A stretch of 64,000 nt of DNA from Camelus ferus (lineage: Eukaryota). The stretch covers positions 86,802,001-86,866,000 of the forward strand of contig NC_045696.1 in assembly GCF_009834535.1 (NCBI RefSeq), read 5' to 3'. This document shows positions 39,076 through 52,619 of the stretch, piece by piece; position 1 is the stretch's first letter; each line of letters opens with the position of its first letter. The notes below the pieces were generated by a model, which worked only from the letters and a program-made list of their open reading frames with translations, had not been told where the DNA came from and searched no databases. The position numbers were made by a program, and so were the translations under genes.

Positions 39076-42000
39076 CCATTAACATAACTGTAAAGTTCAT
39101 ATCTGAATAAATGCAATGGGGACTTCTATGAATGTATGTGTATATATGTGCAAGAAGTTATCACATTAAGTAAGAGCTCAATATGGCTGTGTTCCTACCT
39201 TATTTACTGGCTCAAAGCACATATGCAAAAGTGTATCAAGTATGTCAGGCTTAAAATTTGTATCAAAGATTAAAATCTATGACTGCATAAACTGCATTTA
39301 ATTCAAAATTAACTTTAGTTTACAAATCCTAAAATGGCAAATCCCAAGATGTTTAAATGGCAAGACTAAGATGTCAGGATAGCCTCAGCCATTAACAGAG
39401 TATCTTACACGTAATAACCACTCAGTGGAAGTGCATTCAGTAACTGAATACATGAAAAGAGAATTTCAAAAAGTAACATTGGGGCTTATTAGAAATTATG
39501 CTAACTTCTTTTAGCTGTATTTGACTTTCTACAGTCTATAGATCCCCTAATACTTGTTATTAATTGAAAATACTGTTTTTAAAAATGAAGCAACTTAATA
39601 TTTAATAAAACATTCTGCTAATTTTCTTGATTGACTATATTACTGCAAAGTATCTCTTAGCTAACAAAATATCACCCAGTGAAATGCTTTATTGGTTATT
39701 TGGCAGAGGGAGAAGAGTAATACATAACAGTATCAGTATAATAAGGATAAACTATATGAATTACATCTAAAACCTGGTTAAATGTGAAATGGGTCAGACA
39801 ACCTCACATATTGTTTCTTCTCACGCTAAGTGAATACCTTAAATTTGTGTATTTAGCCAGTCTGGGAAGATTTGAGAAAATAATTTAGTGTGATTCCCTT
39901 AACAAAGACTGTTTCAAACTAAATAAGATGTTTATAATTTTACATATGAATACTGTTAATGAAAACAACCTATTTTTCTTTATCTTAATGTGATCCAATT
40001 AAAGTTTCTTAAAAATTAGTTTCTGTTTAAAAGTGTATTTTTCAAAGCATACAGAAATGTCAGTTCATACCATTAGGACAACTAAGGAAAACTAAAACAT
40101 GGGAAGCTTAGACTGTATTTGGTACTCACCAATCCTTAAATAAAGTTAGTGCTTGTAATTTCTGTAAACCATAGCTGTTTTTTAAAAATTTTAAACTTCA
40201 ATGTCCTATTATTCTATTGTTTTTATTATAAGTACATGCAGGATATCTGCGAGAATAATAGAGTATTTTTACCTGAATACTTGAAGATCATCTATCTCTG
40301 TCCAGACTTGAACAGGAGCTATCATTCTGGTGAGTCCAGCTGTCAGCACTATTGTGTTTGGTTTTGTTTTCATGCAATCCAAAGCTTCTATGTAAAGCTG
40401 TCTGTTCATTTTGTATCAAAAAAACTCTCTTGAGGTTTTCTATCACACTGAGATGTGCATGTCAGTAAGTCCAGATGATACAATATTTAATCTTTACTAT
40501 AGAACATATTTTGTGGAAGGATCACTATTGGCCAGTTTATAAAGCTCAGACGGAACATAGCTGATAAATTCAAAAGAGCAGTTGTTATTTATCAGTGCTC
40601 TTTAATCTCTCTAGAAAAGTTAACAGTAATACTATCATAAGACATCTTTTTGACTATGTTGGGGTTGTTGTCCACAGAGGAAACTGCATAACAAAACTAT
40701 TTTTGTATTAGTCACATCTCCTGTATCAGATAATAAATTGTATATATTCTTTCATGGAAATAGATGAAAGACAAACAAGCTTTTCTCTTTTTTTTTTCTT
40801 TTTTTCCAAAAGGAAACTTAGTATTTTAAACGAGGTTGTGAAGTCTGGAAATTCCTTCAGGTAAACATTTCATAAAACAGAAACAAAATAAAAACAATTA
40901 GGCTTAAGAGGAAAATAGCCTCTTTTACTTAGCTTTCAAGAGTTATTATAGCTGCTTATTATCCCTTAAAATGAGTTAAGAGTTAAACGTGAGGGTCCCT
41001 GATTCCTTGCTCCTCTACATTATCTGTATCTCAGAAGGTAAGTTTTAGAAGTGGATCTCTATGGGTTAAGAGAAAAAGCATTTGATTGCTAGTGTTTCTC
41101 ATGCTTGAATACAAAATTCTGAGTTGACTCCCCCTACTCACTGATTCAGAATTCTAACAAATATTAATAGCTATTTATCTCAATGCAAAAGTGAGTGGTT
41201 TTCATTTAAAATACTTCTAAATACATTCTTAAAAGAAAGTTCTGGTATTTTGTTAGTTGGATTGTTGTGTTTAGCCCTTAAATTCAATTTCAACTGACAT
41301 AACTGACTTCAAATAAACATACAACACCATACTTATGCTACTAGACCATATACTTTGTTTCTTTTTTTGTTTCTTAATCTATGCAGTGGGAATGTTAATT
41401 TAAAAAGTTATACAAATACACTATACATTCCTTCTTTAAATTTCTTAAACACTCAGACTTTTTATAAACTAGAAAGTTAAATTATCATCACATGCCTTTT
41501 GGAGTTAACTGTTTTGAGAAAACTTGGCCAATTGCATTGCTGAAAAAGTCTCAAAAACCTCTCCACATATTGAAACAACAATTTTAGCTACTCCCAGAAA
41601 AACTTAAACAGAAAGATTGCAGCAGTAACAATGTACCAGCAAAAGGAGATCCCACATTAATTCCCATCAGAAGATAGTCTCATGGCTTAACAAATTAAAA
41701 TGATTTACAACAGATTTTTAGGATAATACAAATATAAATCAGCAAATACTTTCACCACCACCTCAAAGCCTTCTAAATGAATTTAGCCATATTTTGCAAG
41801 ACTGCCATATCCTATTCCACCCCTTCAAAAACGTAATGTAGGGCTGAGTGAGTAACTGAAACAAGAACTGGGAGCAGCCAGGAAGATTGGGGTTGTTCTA
41901 AGGATAGATATTTTCAAAGCCTAAAACATTATATTTCATTCCAGTTTTATGGTTGGTTTTAGCAGGTGATCATGCCCAGCATCAGTTACTCTGTTATCCT

Positions 42001-42169
42001 CAGATCTAGAAGTCTTTTATGTAATTATTATTTTTAATTAGTTTTTTTTTCCTCTGTTTCCCTTCCCTGCCATATCCCTGTTATACAATTCAGTTTTCAC
42101 TTTACAACAGCATATCAAATGACCTTAAAATGATAACATCTGTATTTATTAATGATTTCATATATGAAC

Positions 42170-43600
42170 AATTTACTGTCAATCCCACTTGAGTACTAAT
42201 TTGGTGGCTTTAGAATTCAAGGATGTAATTCATACTTCCTCAGAACTCTGAAGTCTATTTGAATCTAGGTTTGAAGATACAAACTTATATACTAGTGTTC
42301 TTATTTTCCTCTGCAGACAATGTGTGTGTTTGTGTCTGAGAATTTGTATCATTTTATTCACTCTACTTGGGATCTTTGGGAATTTCTGCACTTGCTAGCC
42401 TTAATTTCTAATATGTATTTATATGGGTATGGATGTTTTCCATTCTAATTGCTATCCATTCTTTGGAAACTTATATTAATTGGAAGAATTTCAGTGTGCT
42501 TACTTCGTCTAGGACAAAATTTGTCTTATTATTTCTTTTTTTTTCCTCCAAACTTTTTGTGATACTCCCATGGGACAAACAGTTTTCAAATATGGCCCAA
42601 ACTTCTCTTTAATTTTTCTGAACTTTGTCCAAACTTTTCTCTTATTTTTCATATATGTTATTTTCTTTTGCAATGAAATCTAGAAGAATTACTTGGCTCT
42701 GTATTTAAGGTCATGAATACAAAATTACTCAATATTTAACCTATTTTTGGTTTTCATTGGGCATTCCAATTTCTAATTCAAAAATCAAATCTATATTCTT
42801 AATATTTGTAGAATTCTCATACTAGAAACCTATAGTTTTGCTTATCAGAATTTTCTTTACTATTCATCACTCTGAAAAAACTCCTCTGAGCCCCCTCCTA
42901 CCTCTTATAATCATTGAATTTGTGTATGGCATATCCAAATATGACTCCTTCCTTTAAAATAGTGCTCTCTTATAAGGTTTTTGAGCTACTGTTTCTTTGG
43001 GTTTTGTTTCTCTGTATATATATAAAACTCTTGGCTTTCTGTCATTCAATAATTATGTAAAATTGTTGCTCATTAATGGAGCTTGGTTTTCCCCTTGAAC
43101 TGTTAGTTATTTGTAATTTTCATGTTTTTTCTGTTATTTTACATAATCTATCATCTTGATCTATGTTCCCAGGTGTTATTTTAGTAATTATTTGACTTTT
43201 TAAAATTTGTTTGTTATTGTTTTGTTCAAGATTTTTGTATCTTCTCTATTCAATATTGGATATTTATAATTTCCTAAAAAGGAACACCTAAACAGAAATT
43301 TTCCAACTTATTGACATATTCCCTCAGCAAAAAGAAACCTGTTATTTATTTTTTTTAAATAATGGTCTTTTGGTGGTGAATTCTCTTTATTTTTGCTTTT
43401 CTTAATGAGTTTTATTTCACCTTCATTTCTGGAAGACTGACTGTAATATGTATTTAATTCTAGTTTGACAGGATTTTCCTTGGAAATGTTTGAAGATATC
43501 ATTCTACTACTCTTTGGTTTCCTTTATTTCACTTAATAAATATTATTGCTCTTTTAAAGGTCTGTTCTCCCTTCTTTAATATTTTTAATTATCTCCCTCC
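42170..43600 (-). mobile_element. Fragmented ancient L1M/HAL1-like relics
   Basis: T-rich strand with CCTCAGAACTCTGAAG, TTTATTTCACCTTCATTTCTGGAAGA and TTTGAAGATATCATTCTACT motifs; probably more than one piece. Confidence 0.5.
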
Positions 43601-44215
43601 TCCTGCCCCTAGCAATGTTCCTTTGATTCTTAGAAGTGTATGTGTATGCACTGTATCTGTTTTGTAATATATAGTAAAATACTTCCTGTCCCTAATCTTT
43701 CCTTCTTTCATTCTTATGAGGCTTTGTCTGTTTTCACTTCATCCATAATTGAGCTTTAGATTTAAGATTCCTACTCAAAGCCTTGGATGCTTACCAGGTT
43801 ATCTCCATCTTGTGGTGACTTGAAGTCTGATTTTTTTTTCCACCAGTCAGTATATTATAAACTCTACTCAGTATATGCAGTAAGAAAATATTCCAATGGG
43901 GGAAAAATGCTGCTAATTTGGTTTTATCTATTTAGGCTCTTTTTTCTCAGATTTTGGCCCAGAAAGTCTGCAATGCCTTGGCAGTATTCAGTTTATTCTT
44001 TCAGCATATATTTTTCAATATCTAATAGTCTCTAAATCATATTATAAATTTGTCATCATAAAGCACATATTATAGGGTAATTTCCTTATTAGGAATAGAA
44101 TATAATGCTGATGTAAATAAGTCAGAGAAATGTAGTGAAAGATTCCTGAAATGATATAAGGAGGAAGGGGCACAAATTAAACTGATATATCAAGGCAAGG
44201 GTGAGAGTGCTAGTC

Positions 44216-44254
44216 ATGCATGCACGCACGCGTGCACACACACACACACACACA
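44216..44254. repeat. Compound (TGCA)/(CGCA)/(CA)n microsatellite
   Basis: CATGCATGCACGCACGCGTGCACACACACACACACACACA read directly. Confidence 0.9.
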
Positions 44255-44289
44255 AAGAAAAAAAATAAGATCAAGAGAGATCAGAAGCA

Positions 44290-44405
44290 CATATGCCAAC
44301 ATGTTAACAGTTGCCATGGCTGAATCTGGGCCACAGATACATGAATAACTATTATTCTATTTTGTACTTTTATGTTTGAACTCTTTCAACATTTACTAAA
44401 AAATG
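44290..44405 (+). mobile_element. L1ME 3'-terminal fragment
   Basis: AACATGTTAACAGTTG...TATTCTATTTTGTACTTTTATGTTTGAA followed by an A-rich end. Confidence 0.45.
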
Positions 44406-44739
44406 AAAGAAAAGAAAAGAAAATAGCCCTAGCTATAGAAGACCTAACTCATATGTCATTGTTTCTGAAGAGTTTTGCATTGAAATAGAATTATTCTCTT
44501 TCTTTGCTCCAGTCTTTCAACATTCTCTTATATTCCTCTTTTGCTACTTAACACACTTCATCTTGTGTTAGTATTATTTGTGCATATCTCAATTCCTTAG
44601 AGATGTGGGGGAAAAAATCCAAGTCAAGTACAATGCAGAACCACCTACAAGGTTCAGAGCAGTCCTTTAAACATATTAAGCATTCAGGGCATATTTATTT
44701 TCTTAAATATAACTGATATCTTCAAAATGGAGTCAATTA

Positions 44740-47490
44740 GACACAAAGATGTGCCACTGAGGTCCAACTTCAAGGAGGAAAATGATGCCCACATGGAGGG
44801 ACTGTGGTTAGCAGAGAGCCACCAGCTATTAGCTCCTTTAGAGTCAGCCTTGGCTGTAGAGATATACCTATCCTGAAATCATACCCTTTCTGGGTGTGCC
44901 TATACTTGTGTCTGAGGCAGGTTGGGGTAGGCACTGTTGGCACCAGAGCTTCTTATTGACTAGGCTGAGGCTTTCCTGGACCTACAACAAAGTCTCACTT
45001 TTTACTTTGGGGCAAGTCTTTCTTTACATAAGTGATGATTCTTAATAATCTTGTACCCTGTTATAAGCTTAAATGTCTCCTGGCAAAATTCGTATTTTGA
45101 AGTCTTCAACCCCTATACTTCAAATATGACTATATTTGGAGATAGGGTCTCTAAAGAGGTAATTAAGAATAAATGAGGTCATTATGGTCGGCCCTAATCC
45201 AAGACTGGTGTCCTTATAAAAAGAAAAGATTAGGACACAGACACTCATAGAGGGAAGATAATATGGAGACACAGGAATAAGACAGCCATCTACAGGTCAA
45301 AAAGAAAGGCCTTCAGGGGAAGCCAGTCCTGCTGATGCATTGATCTTGGACTTCTAGCCAGAATGTGAGGAAATAGATTTCCATTGCTTAACCCACCCAG
45401 CCTATGATACTTCCTTAATGCATCCCTAGCAAATTAATACATACCCTAACTCTGTCTAAGAATCTGTTTTTTTTTTAAAGTTCGATATATGATATTTGGA
45501 ACCAAAAGTGGTCCAAGAAATTAGTCAATAAGATGGAATTTTGGATGACTCTCTGTGATTGTTTGGTTGGCAAAAAAAGACTCTATCACCGGTGGTAGAT
45601 ACAGCAAACCTCTGACACAAGCTGGCAGTCAGTTGTTGAAACTTTCACCTTTGGATGAACTGGGATTGGGTATAGATGAAAGGGATTGCAAAGTGGGTGT
45701 GTACAAGTCATCTGAGATGTATGAAATAAATAGTCACTGTAAGGCTAATGGTCTCAGATATCTACTGCTAAGTATTATTGATAAATAATAGAAAGTAATG
45801 AAGAACTGAGGGCTGATAACAGTGAACTGAAGCCCAGACATGAAAGCCAGAGGGACTTTTTGTTGCATATAAAGAAGCTCTCATCTCCTGCAAAGGGAGA
45901 GTGGAGAAAATGAAGCAAAGCCCAGTACTTAAAGAGTCAAACTGTCTATAAAGTTCAGCCAGTTAAATGCCCAACTATGGCAGGTAGTGATAACAGGGTC
46001 TGGTCTTGATTTTGAAAACCTGAAACTATGACACATGGAATGAAGGCATCTGGGTGAACACTCTCAAATATTTTAAATCTCTGACACATTTTAAAATTCT
46101 GAGCCAGACAGACTTCTTTCCTTACTGAGAGCACTTTATTTGATCTAGAAGACAATACAGAGGACTTTTACTCCCTCAGACAGCAATGCAACTATGTCCC
46201 TCTCAGAATTTTTTACCACCTCCCTTCAGGGTCACTTAGGACTATAACTAAGGGGTAAATTGTAGTTTATCCCAGCTGAGGACAAGCTGGAGCTAATTAC
46301 AGAATAAGGGAAATATATACCTTAAAAAAGCTGCAAGGTCTAACCAACATCTGATAGGAGATAGGGAATTATTCATGTGACAAAGTGTGAGGGTATTTGA
46401 TCAGACGGGCTGAAATTTAAAAATTAAAAGTCGGGAAAATTCTCAGGCACAAGCTCAGCAATTAAAATATTAAAATGATTGTGGTAGATGGTGATGAAAA
46501 AAATAAAATAAGGTTCAAAAAAGTGGGCATACTGGAATGGCTATACTCTCTACAGCCAGAGGATTCATCAGTCTATTAAGTTCAATGAGAAAGTTGAAGG
46601 ACACACCATTTACCAGAGGTTCTAGGAAAATTCTGCTAAGAGTGACAGACCAGCATCCCTAGATCACTGGTGTTTTTTCCCTGTAGACCAGGACTGATGA
46701 CAGGAGAAGCTGACATAAATTTGGCTTACTGGGGATGGTATGACCCTGCAACTATTAAAACCAGGCAGTGAGATTTCACCCAGAAGCTAAGGTCACAATT
46801 ACCGTATCAGGCATTAAAGTAAGAATGGTAGTGATGGGGACAGAGAGGGTGACTATTTATGGACCGAAGCATGACGTCTGTTTCAAAGGGATCTAGTTTC
46901 TGCCACTGTTAAATGTCCAACCGATCAACAACAGAGACCAGTCTGAGTTCCACACTATGACACCACTTCTCCAGCACATAAACTGCCCACTTGATGGCAA
47001 ATTTACTATGGTGTGATCATTTCAGTCTGTTAGAGCCAATAGTTTATTCTCAAAAGAATACAAACTTATGGCTATGGATTTCTTACCTGCTCACAGGGAT
47101 TCAGCAAGCATCTGACAGCACTAGATCTCACAAAAAAATTATGGCAGACAAGGGCAACTACTAAAGAACAGAGGAGTTGCAATAATGGACTAGTAACTAT
47201 AGAATCCACTGATCGTATCATATAGGATACCATCCAGAAGCTTCCTGCAAGATAGAACATCAGATCTACCAACTAAAGACACAGCTGAAGCAAAAGAGAA
47301 AACAAAGCCCGGTTATTTCAACCTGATGTGGGAAAACAACAAAGGGCACTGTCTGCAAAGGAATTGTTAGAATTGCATCACAGTTCTTTCTCTGTTTAAT
47401 CTTGCTTCCCACTTCCTTTCACAGATGTTAACCACTAACAAATGTCAAATAGCTGAAACTCTGATTCAGGGTCTGCTCCCAGAAACCACG
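44740..47490 (+). mobile_element. Deleted ERVL provirus relic: LTR16-like 5' LTR (about 44740-45494, interrupted), ERV3-16A3-like internal (about 45495-47380), partial 3' LTR (about 47385-47490)
   Basis: The LTR 3'-end motif occurs twice (AACTCTGTCTAAGAATCTG; AACTCTGATTCAGGGTCTGCTCCCAG). Internal start TTGGAACCAAAAGTGGTCC; gag-like decayed segment (TGAAAGCCAGAGGG...TAAAGAAGCTCTCATCTCCTGCA). Confidence 0.65.
45059..45441 (+). mobile_element. MLT1B-like MaLR solo LTR nested in the LTR16-like LTR
   Basis: TG...CA termini and a perfect 5-bp TSD TACCC (45054-45058 / 45442-45446); TATTTGGAGATAGGGTC, GGCCCTAATCCAAGACTGGTGTCCTTATAA. Confidence 0.9.
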
Positions 47491-47606
47491 TAGCGCACTC
47501 ATGCAGGGGGTGTCCAAGATGACCAAATACAGCAGTGTAGGAAGGAAATACTAGAATTTTCATACATCTTTCAACTCAAAATCTCTCTCACTCTCTCATA
47601 CATAAT

Positions 47607-47629
47607 TGTGTGTGTGTGTGTGTGTGTGT
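47607..47629. repeat. (TG)n microsatellite
   Basis: About 11 uninterrupted TG units. Confidence 0.95.
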
Positions 47630-47737
47630 ATAGATATTAGTATATGTATTGTGTGTATAATATTCATACAATTAATAAATATCCATATCATAGTTTTCGT
47701 GTTTAAACACATGTTCTTTCACTTCCTATATGCACAT

Positions 47738-48115
47738 CAGTAGGCATAGTGGTTAAGAAAGAGGCCTCTAGAATCAATCTAAAATACTGAATATAAACCC
47801 TGAACCTAGCTCTAACCCTGCACCTAGCCCTAAACCTGCACCAAGGCCTAACCCTGAATGTAGCCCTAACCCTGCAACTAACCCTAACCCTGCACCTAGC
47901 CCGAACCCAGCACACACACAAAAATGTAAATAAAAGAAAAGAAAAGAAAAGAAAATACTGAATATATTAATCTCCACTTTAGTAAGACAATCTTTCTGTG
48001 CTTGGTTTCTTCATTTAAAAAAAATGAGATTATCTAGTTTATAAAATTGTAATTGTTGATTAAATTAATAGCACACAAAATGATCTATCCAATAAAAAAA
48101 AAACTCAACAAGTTG
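47738..48115 (+). mobile_element. MIR SINE interrupted by the 47796-47951 insertion
   Basis: Head GCATAGTGGTTAAGA lies before the insert; core TCTTTCTGTGCTTGGTTTCTTCATTTAAAAAAAATGAGAT lies after it. Confidence 0.7.
47796..47951 (+). mobile_element. Retroposed telomere-variant minisatellite (about 6.5 x AACCCTGCACCTAGCCCT, then (CA)n and an A-rich tail) with 15-bp TSD
   Basis: TSD AAAATACTGAATATA at 47781-47795 and 47952-47966; units start at 47796, 47814, 47832, 47850, 47868, 47886 and 47904; AATAAA at 47929-47934, then (GAAAA)n. Confidence 0.85.
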
Positions 48116-51100
48116 TAATAATTATTTCCACATATTTCTTTTTAAATCAAGAGGTTCATGGCCCAGAAACCTTGTAGAATACTAAAAGATAGTAAAAGGA
48201 ATTTGCTATTTCCCAAATATTTTGGTAGAAGGAAATAAAGGGAAGCCAGTTAAGAAGAAATGTATTTTCTAGATATGACATCTGATGAAAGAATAAAACA
48301 ACTGTCTATTTGAGGGTGTGGCTAAGCACAATACAAAATATTAAATGTGATATTTCAAAGTCTCTGAGATGGCAAATTCCAGAAGAGCACTGACTTTATA
48401 TGCCTAGTTCTATCACCATAGTGTGTGACATGTATGTGTCAAAAAAAATACTAGCCAGATGACTGAATTAATTATCAATCAAGCTTAAGCTCTATATTCC
48501 CATGAACATATCAGTAGTTATACTTTTCAAACTCCATTAAGGGTTCTAAATCATCAGTGGGTCAACTAGATCACAAATATCTGGCATAATACAGAGTCTA
48601 AGGGAATATATGTGCAGAGTTACAAATGACCAAATTAACAGGACTTTTTGTATCTACTCAATATTAAGATGTGAGATTGCTTCTTAGAGTTTGTCAGTTC
48701 TTCCACACATATAAATATATACAAACGATTGCTCTCACAAATAATAATATACTCAGCCTCATTTTTAACACACGTCATATATGTATGTTGGAACTAAGTT
48801 TACATGTCTAATTTATTATTTATTTATTAAATAAAATACCCTTTTTATTGTAGGATATGTGCAAATTAACACATATGTTGTTTATGCTAAAAATCTTCAG
48901 GATTCTAGACTTCTTGTGAAAGGAATAGATCAAAAGTGACATTTCAGCCTTGAGCAGTTTGAAAAATGTTACACTTTTTATTCTTCATATATTTGCTCAT
49001 TTTATTTTCATTCTTATATCAATCTTTACCAATGGTTAATTTAAATGTTACTTTAAAAAAGCACTATTGGGAATCATAGAAAATACATTTCCCAATGCTA
49101 TATCATATGATCACCTACATGGTTTATTAAGGGAAATGAAGTAAACATCTGAATTATGCCTCAAATGGCCTTGAAAGAACATCTTGTCATTACAAAAACT
49201 CATTTGCAGTAACAAAATGGAAATGCCAATACCAATTTAAAATGAAATATTTTAATGAAAATCATATTTTATACATATATAGCATATAGTTCAAAATAAA
49301 TCTGAAATGACCATCTTCCACACTCCTAGAAGAAAACCAGGTGCTCCGATTTCTTCTTCCATTGTTAATGTGGCTGAACATTAGATTTATTAGAAATAGG
49401 GTTTTAGAGGATATCTTATAGCCATATTAAAAGTCATAGAGAGCTAGGACCAGTAATCCCTACATAAAATGGCTAATGAATAATATAGCTATCATTTATA
49501 TTTTCAGATTTTAGCTAGGGCTCAGGCAGTGATTTCCTCTTGCACTAATCCATCTCGTATCAGTGAATTCAGTTTAGTAAATTGCTTCAATTTTGAAAGA
49601 TTAATGCATTTCAAAACTAGTATGTCCCATCCTAATGCATTTTCTTTCCACAAATAACAGATTCTACTGTTGATTTTTTGGTTTGTTTGTTTTAATTTCT
49701 GACAATCTCAAATAATCTGGTGAAGTAGCAGATACAGTCAAACCACCCTAGTATCTCAAAGGGGCATATGTGAAAATGTACATTTCATGGCGTAAATTTA
49801 AAGAGTAAAAATAGTGCATGCATGTGTGTATACACATATAGTATATGTATGAATATGTGTATATATATATATGCATGTATGCATATTTAAGTATTAGCAT
49901 TTACTATTTTACTGTTTACACTCTTTAAATACATAGATACAGATAGTATTGCCTCTTTTGCTTTCTTTCTATAACTATTTTCCTACACCCAAAATCTACC
50001 TTCTTCAGGGTGCAATAAATCGAGTTACTTAGTTGAAAAAGACAGTAAGTCCAATTTTTATGAGTATGTACAGTGTGTCAAGTTGATTAACCCTTAGTAT
50101 AACATCAGGATCATTGGACCAATTTTTTGTTTTGAGTTTCTTTTTCCAGGAGCTCTGTTTTCAAGCATTCATATTTCTCGAATTTATTCTCTCTTAGAGT
50201 CCTTTCAAAGAACCAAAAGGTAATTTATCTATTTTAATAGAATATAACTATTTCTATCTTGCAATTACCATTTGGATCCACTGAATTCTGTCATAAATGG
50301 AAAATAAATTATGGAATTATAGTGACTTTATTTTCCCTGTATTATGAAATATTTTTCTATTTCATTATTCTAAGAATTGCTTTATCATTATTCAAGACTA
50401 CATTGAATATCCCAACTATGCTGAAAAAGAATAAGTAATAAGAAAACAAAAGAATGATGCAATGACTCAGAAGAATGATGTAAGAGTGAAATAAACTGTC
50501 ATTCTTTCATTTTCTTATTGTCTTACCTGAACTATTGCATCATCTTTTAAGAAGGAATTATAAAAGACTAGGACAGCATCTTTGTAGTCTGCTTTCATAT
50601 CCTTGAACACAGTTGAGAATTAGAAGTTTTAATTCTCCAACCATGATGGCAAAGAGAAGAAATCTGATATTCCATAGTTATAAGATAAATTCAATCACAA
50701 GATGCATGTAAAGAAAAACAAAGCAGCACTCAGATTCTAACAGTATGGTGAAATTTTTCATATTAATGAAATCTCAGACTATGTGTCTTCAGATGATAAT
50801 ATCTTAAATAAATTTTCTCAAACTTAAGAACTAATCATTAAACAATATATTTTCAAGAACAAGAATATAAATACAGTATTCTCCTCCAGTTAGTCATTTA
50901 AAGGAAAGTACATTACAAAATAGTTTAGAATAAGAATCTGAATGATCTCATGTTGTTAAAAGGATATATGACAGTATTGTTTCATCTCCAGTGATGTTTG
51001 TGCACAAAAATTCACTGATTAAAATAGTTTTACTGTGTTTGTTATTATGTATGTTTTATTTAATAAAGGTGCTTTTAGTAATTCTTTATTCTAATACCTG

Positions 51101-52011
51101 TAAGTTATTTGTAAAGTGACTTAAAATATGGACATAAAATTAAATAAAATTAAAAGATTTCATGCTGCCCAGAACATTGATGACTATTTTTCCTGCAATC
51201 TGAAGGTTAAACACTCACCTCATTAATTTTTCATAAAAATCCAATGAAAAATCAATTCCTTTGCATTTCCATGTTGAAACTGAGTTTACTTGCCTAAGAT
51301 TATACAGAATAAGTGAACATTAAAGGCAAAACTCAAAACCATATTTCCTAATTCTAACTTATACATTATTTTGTAATGTAGCCTCACTTCAAAGGAGAAA
51401 AAAAAAATCACCTAAGTCCTCTGACAATTCCCAGGAACTCTTACTAAAGAAATGGGACAGGGAAAATTTTAATATTCAAAGGAATAGTAATGAAATTGAA
51501 GTCTTCATTTCTTTATTATTTTCATGTTTTTGGTATTTACTTTCTGAAAAGTTTTCATATACTTGTGATAATGTGGCAATATTTAGACAAAGGAAAAGAG
51601 AAGCCATGTTTTGTCTGTCCTCAAGAAATTGTCCCTAATTAACAAACTCTGGCTTAATTTCTTGGAACATTTATAAGAGTTTAGAGGGTAGTTCCCAAGA
51701 ATAGTACAGATTAAACAATTAAAATTGTTACAAAGAATAGGTTAAAGTGGCTTTAAAATCATGCAGGGAAACATTTGAATATAAACCTCCCTTTACGTTG
51801 AAAAAATATTGTATTATCTTATTAGATTTTGGTTAATAGTATATGTAAGGTAACAAGTTAGTTTAAATTATGTTGCAAATGCAGCACACTAAGGGAATGA
51901 ATTAATATTTTAAAATTTGGAATAAATACATACATTGCTTTGATATTATAGGTTTTGTGCAAATATTTGCTGAATAAACTAATAACTCATTTAGAAAAAG
52001 ATTTCTGGTCA

Positions 52012-52470
52012 GGTGATGGTTAATTTTATGTGACAACTTAACTGTACTAAAGAATGTCCACATAGCTGGTAAAATATTATTTCTGGCTGTGTCTGTGAAG
52101 GTATTTCCAGAAGGCATCATCCTCACCAGTATGGTGGATATCATCCCATACACTGAAGCCTGAATAGAATAAAAGGGTGACGGAAAGGTGAATTTGCTCC
52201 CTGTTAGCCTGGAACATTCATCTTCTCATGCTCTTAAACTTTGGCATATCTGGTTCTTGGGCCTTTGGACTTGAATTGAGACATAAACCATTGGCTCCCC
52301 TGGTTCTTAGGTCTTCAAGTTTGGATTAGAACTACATCTCTGGCTTTCCTGGGCCTCCAGTTTTCAGGCAGATCATGAAACTTCTCAGCCTCCAAAATCA
52401 TATGAGCCAATCCCTAATAATAAATCTATTTCCATTTTAAATACCTATATTTATATGTTTGTCTTTATGT
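52012..52470 (+). mobile_element. ERVL solo LTR, MLT2 family (MLT2B-like)
   Basis: GTGATGGTTAATTTTATGTGACAACTT...ATAGCTGGTAAAATATTATTTCTGG...ACTTCTCAGCCTCCA...GAGCCAATCCCTAATAATAAATC. Confidence 0.9.
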
Positions 52471-52619
52471 GTATGTTTATCTGTATTTAAGAGAATATCT
52501 AGTGATAATGATACTATGATGATAACTAGTGTTTATTGTTTACTATATATTCAGCACCTTGTTAGGCACATAGTTTATTGAGTATATGATTCACAACATT
52601 AGAAATGTTAATGAAAGGT

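Noticed and set aside
47703..47977. ORFs with GLGLGA / RVRAR repeats
   Set aside because: Translations of the telomere-variant repeat on the minus strand; no coding context.
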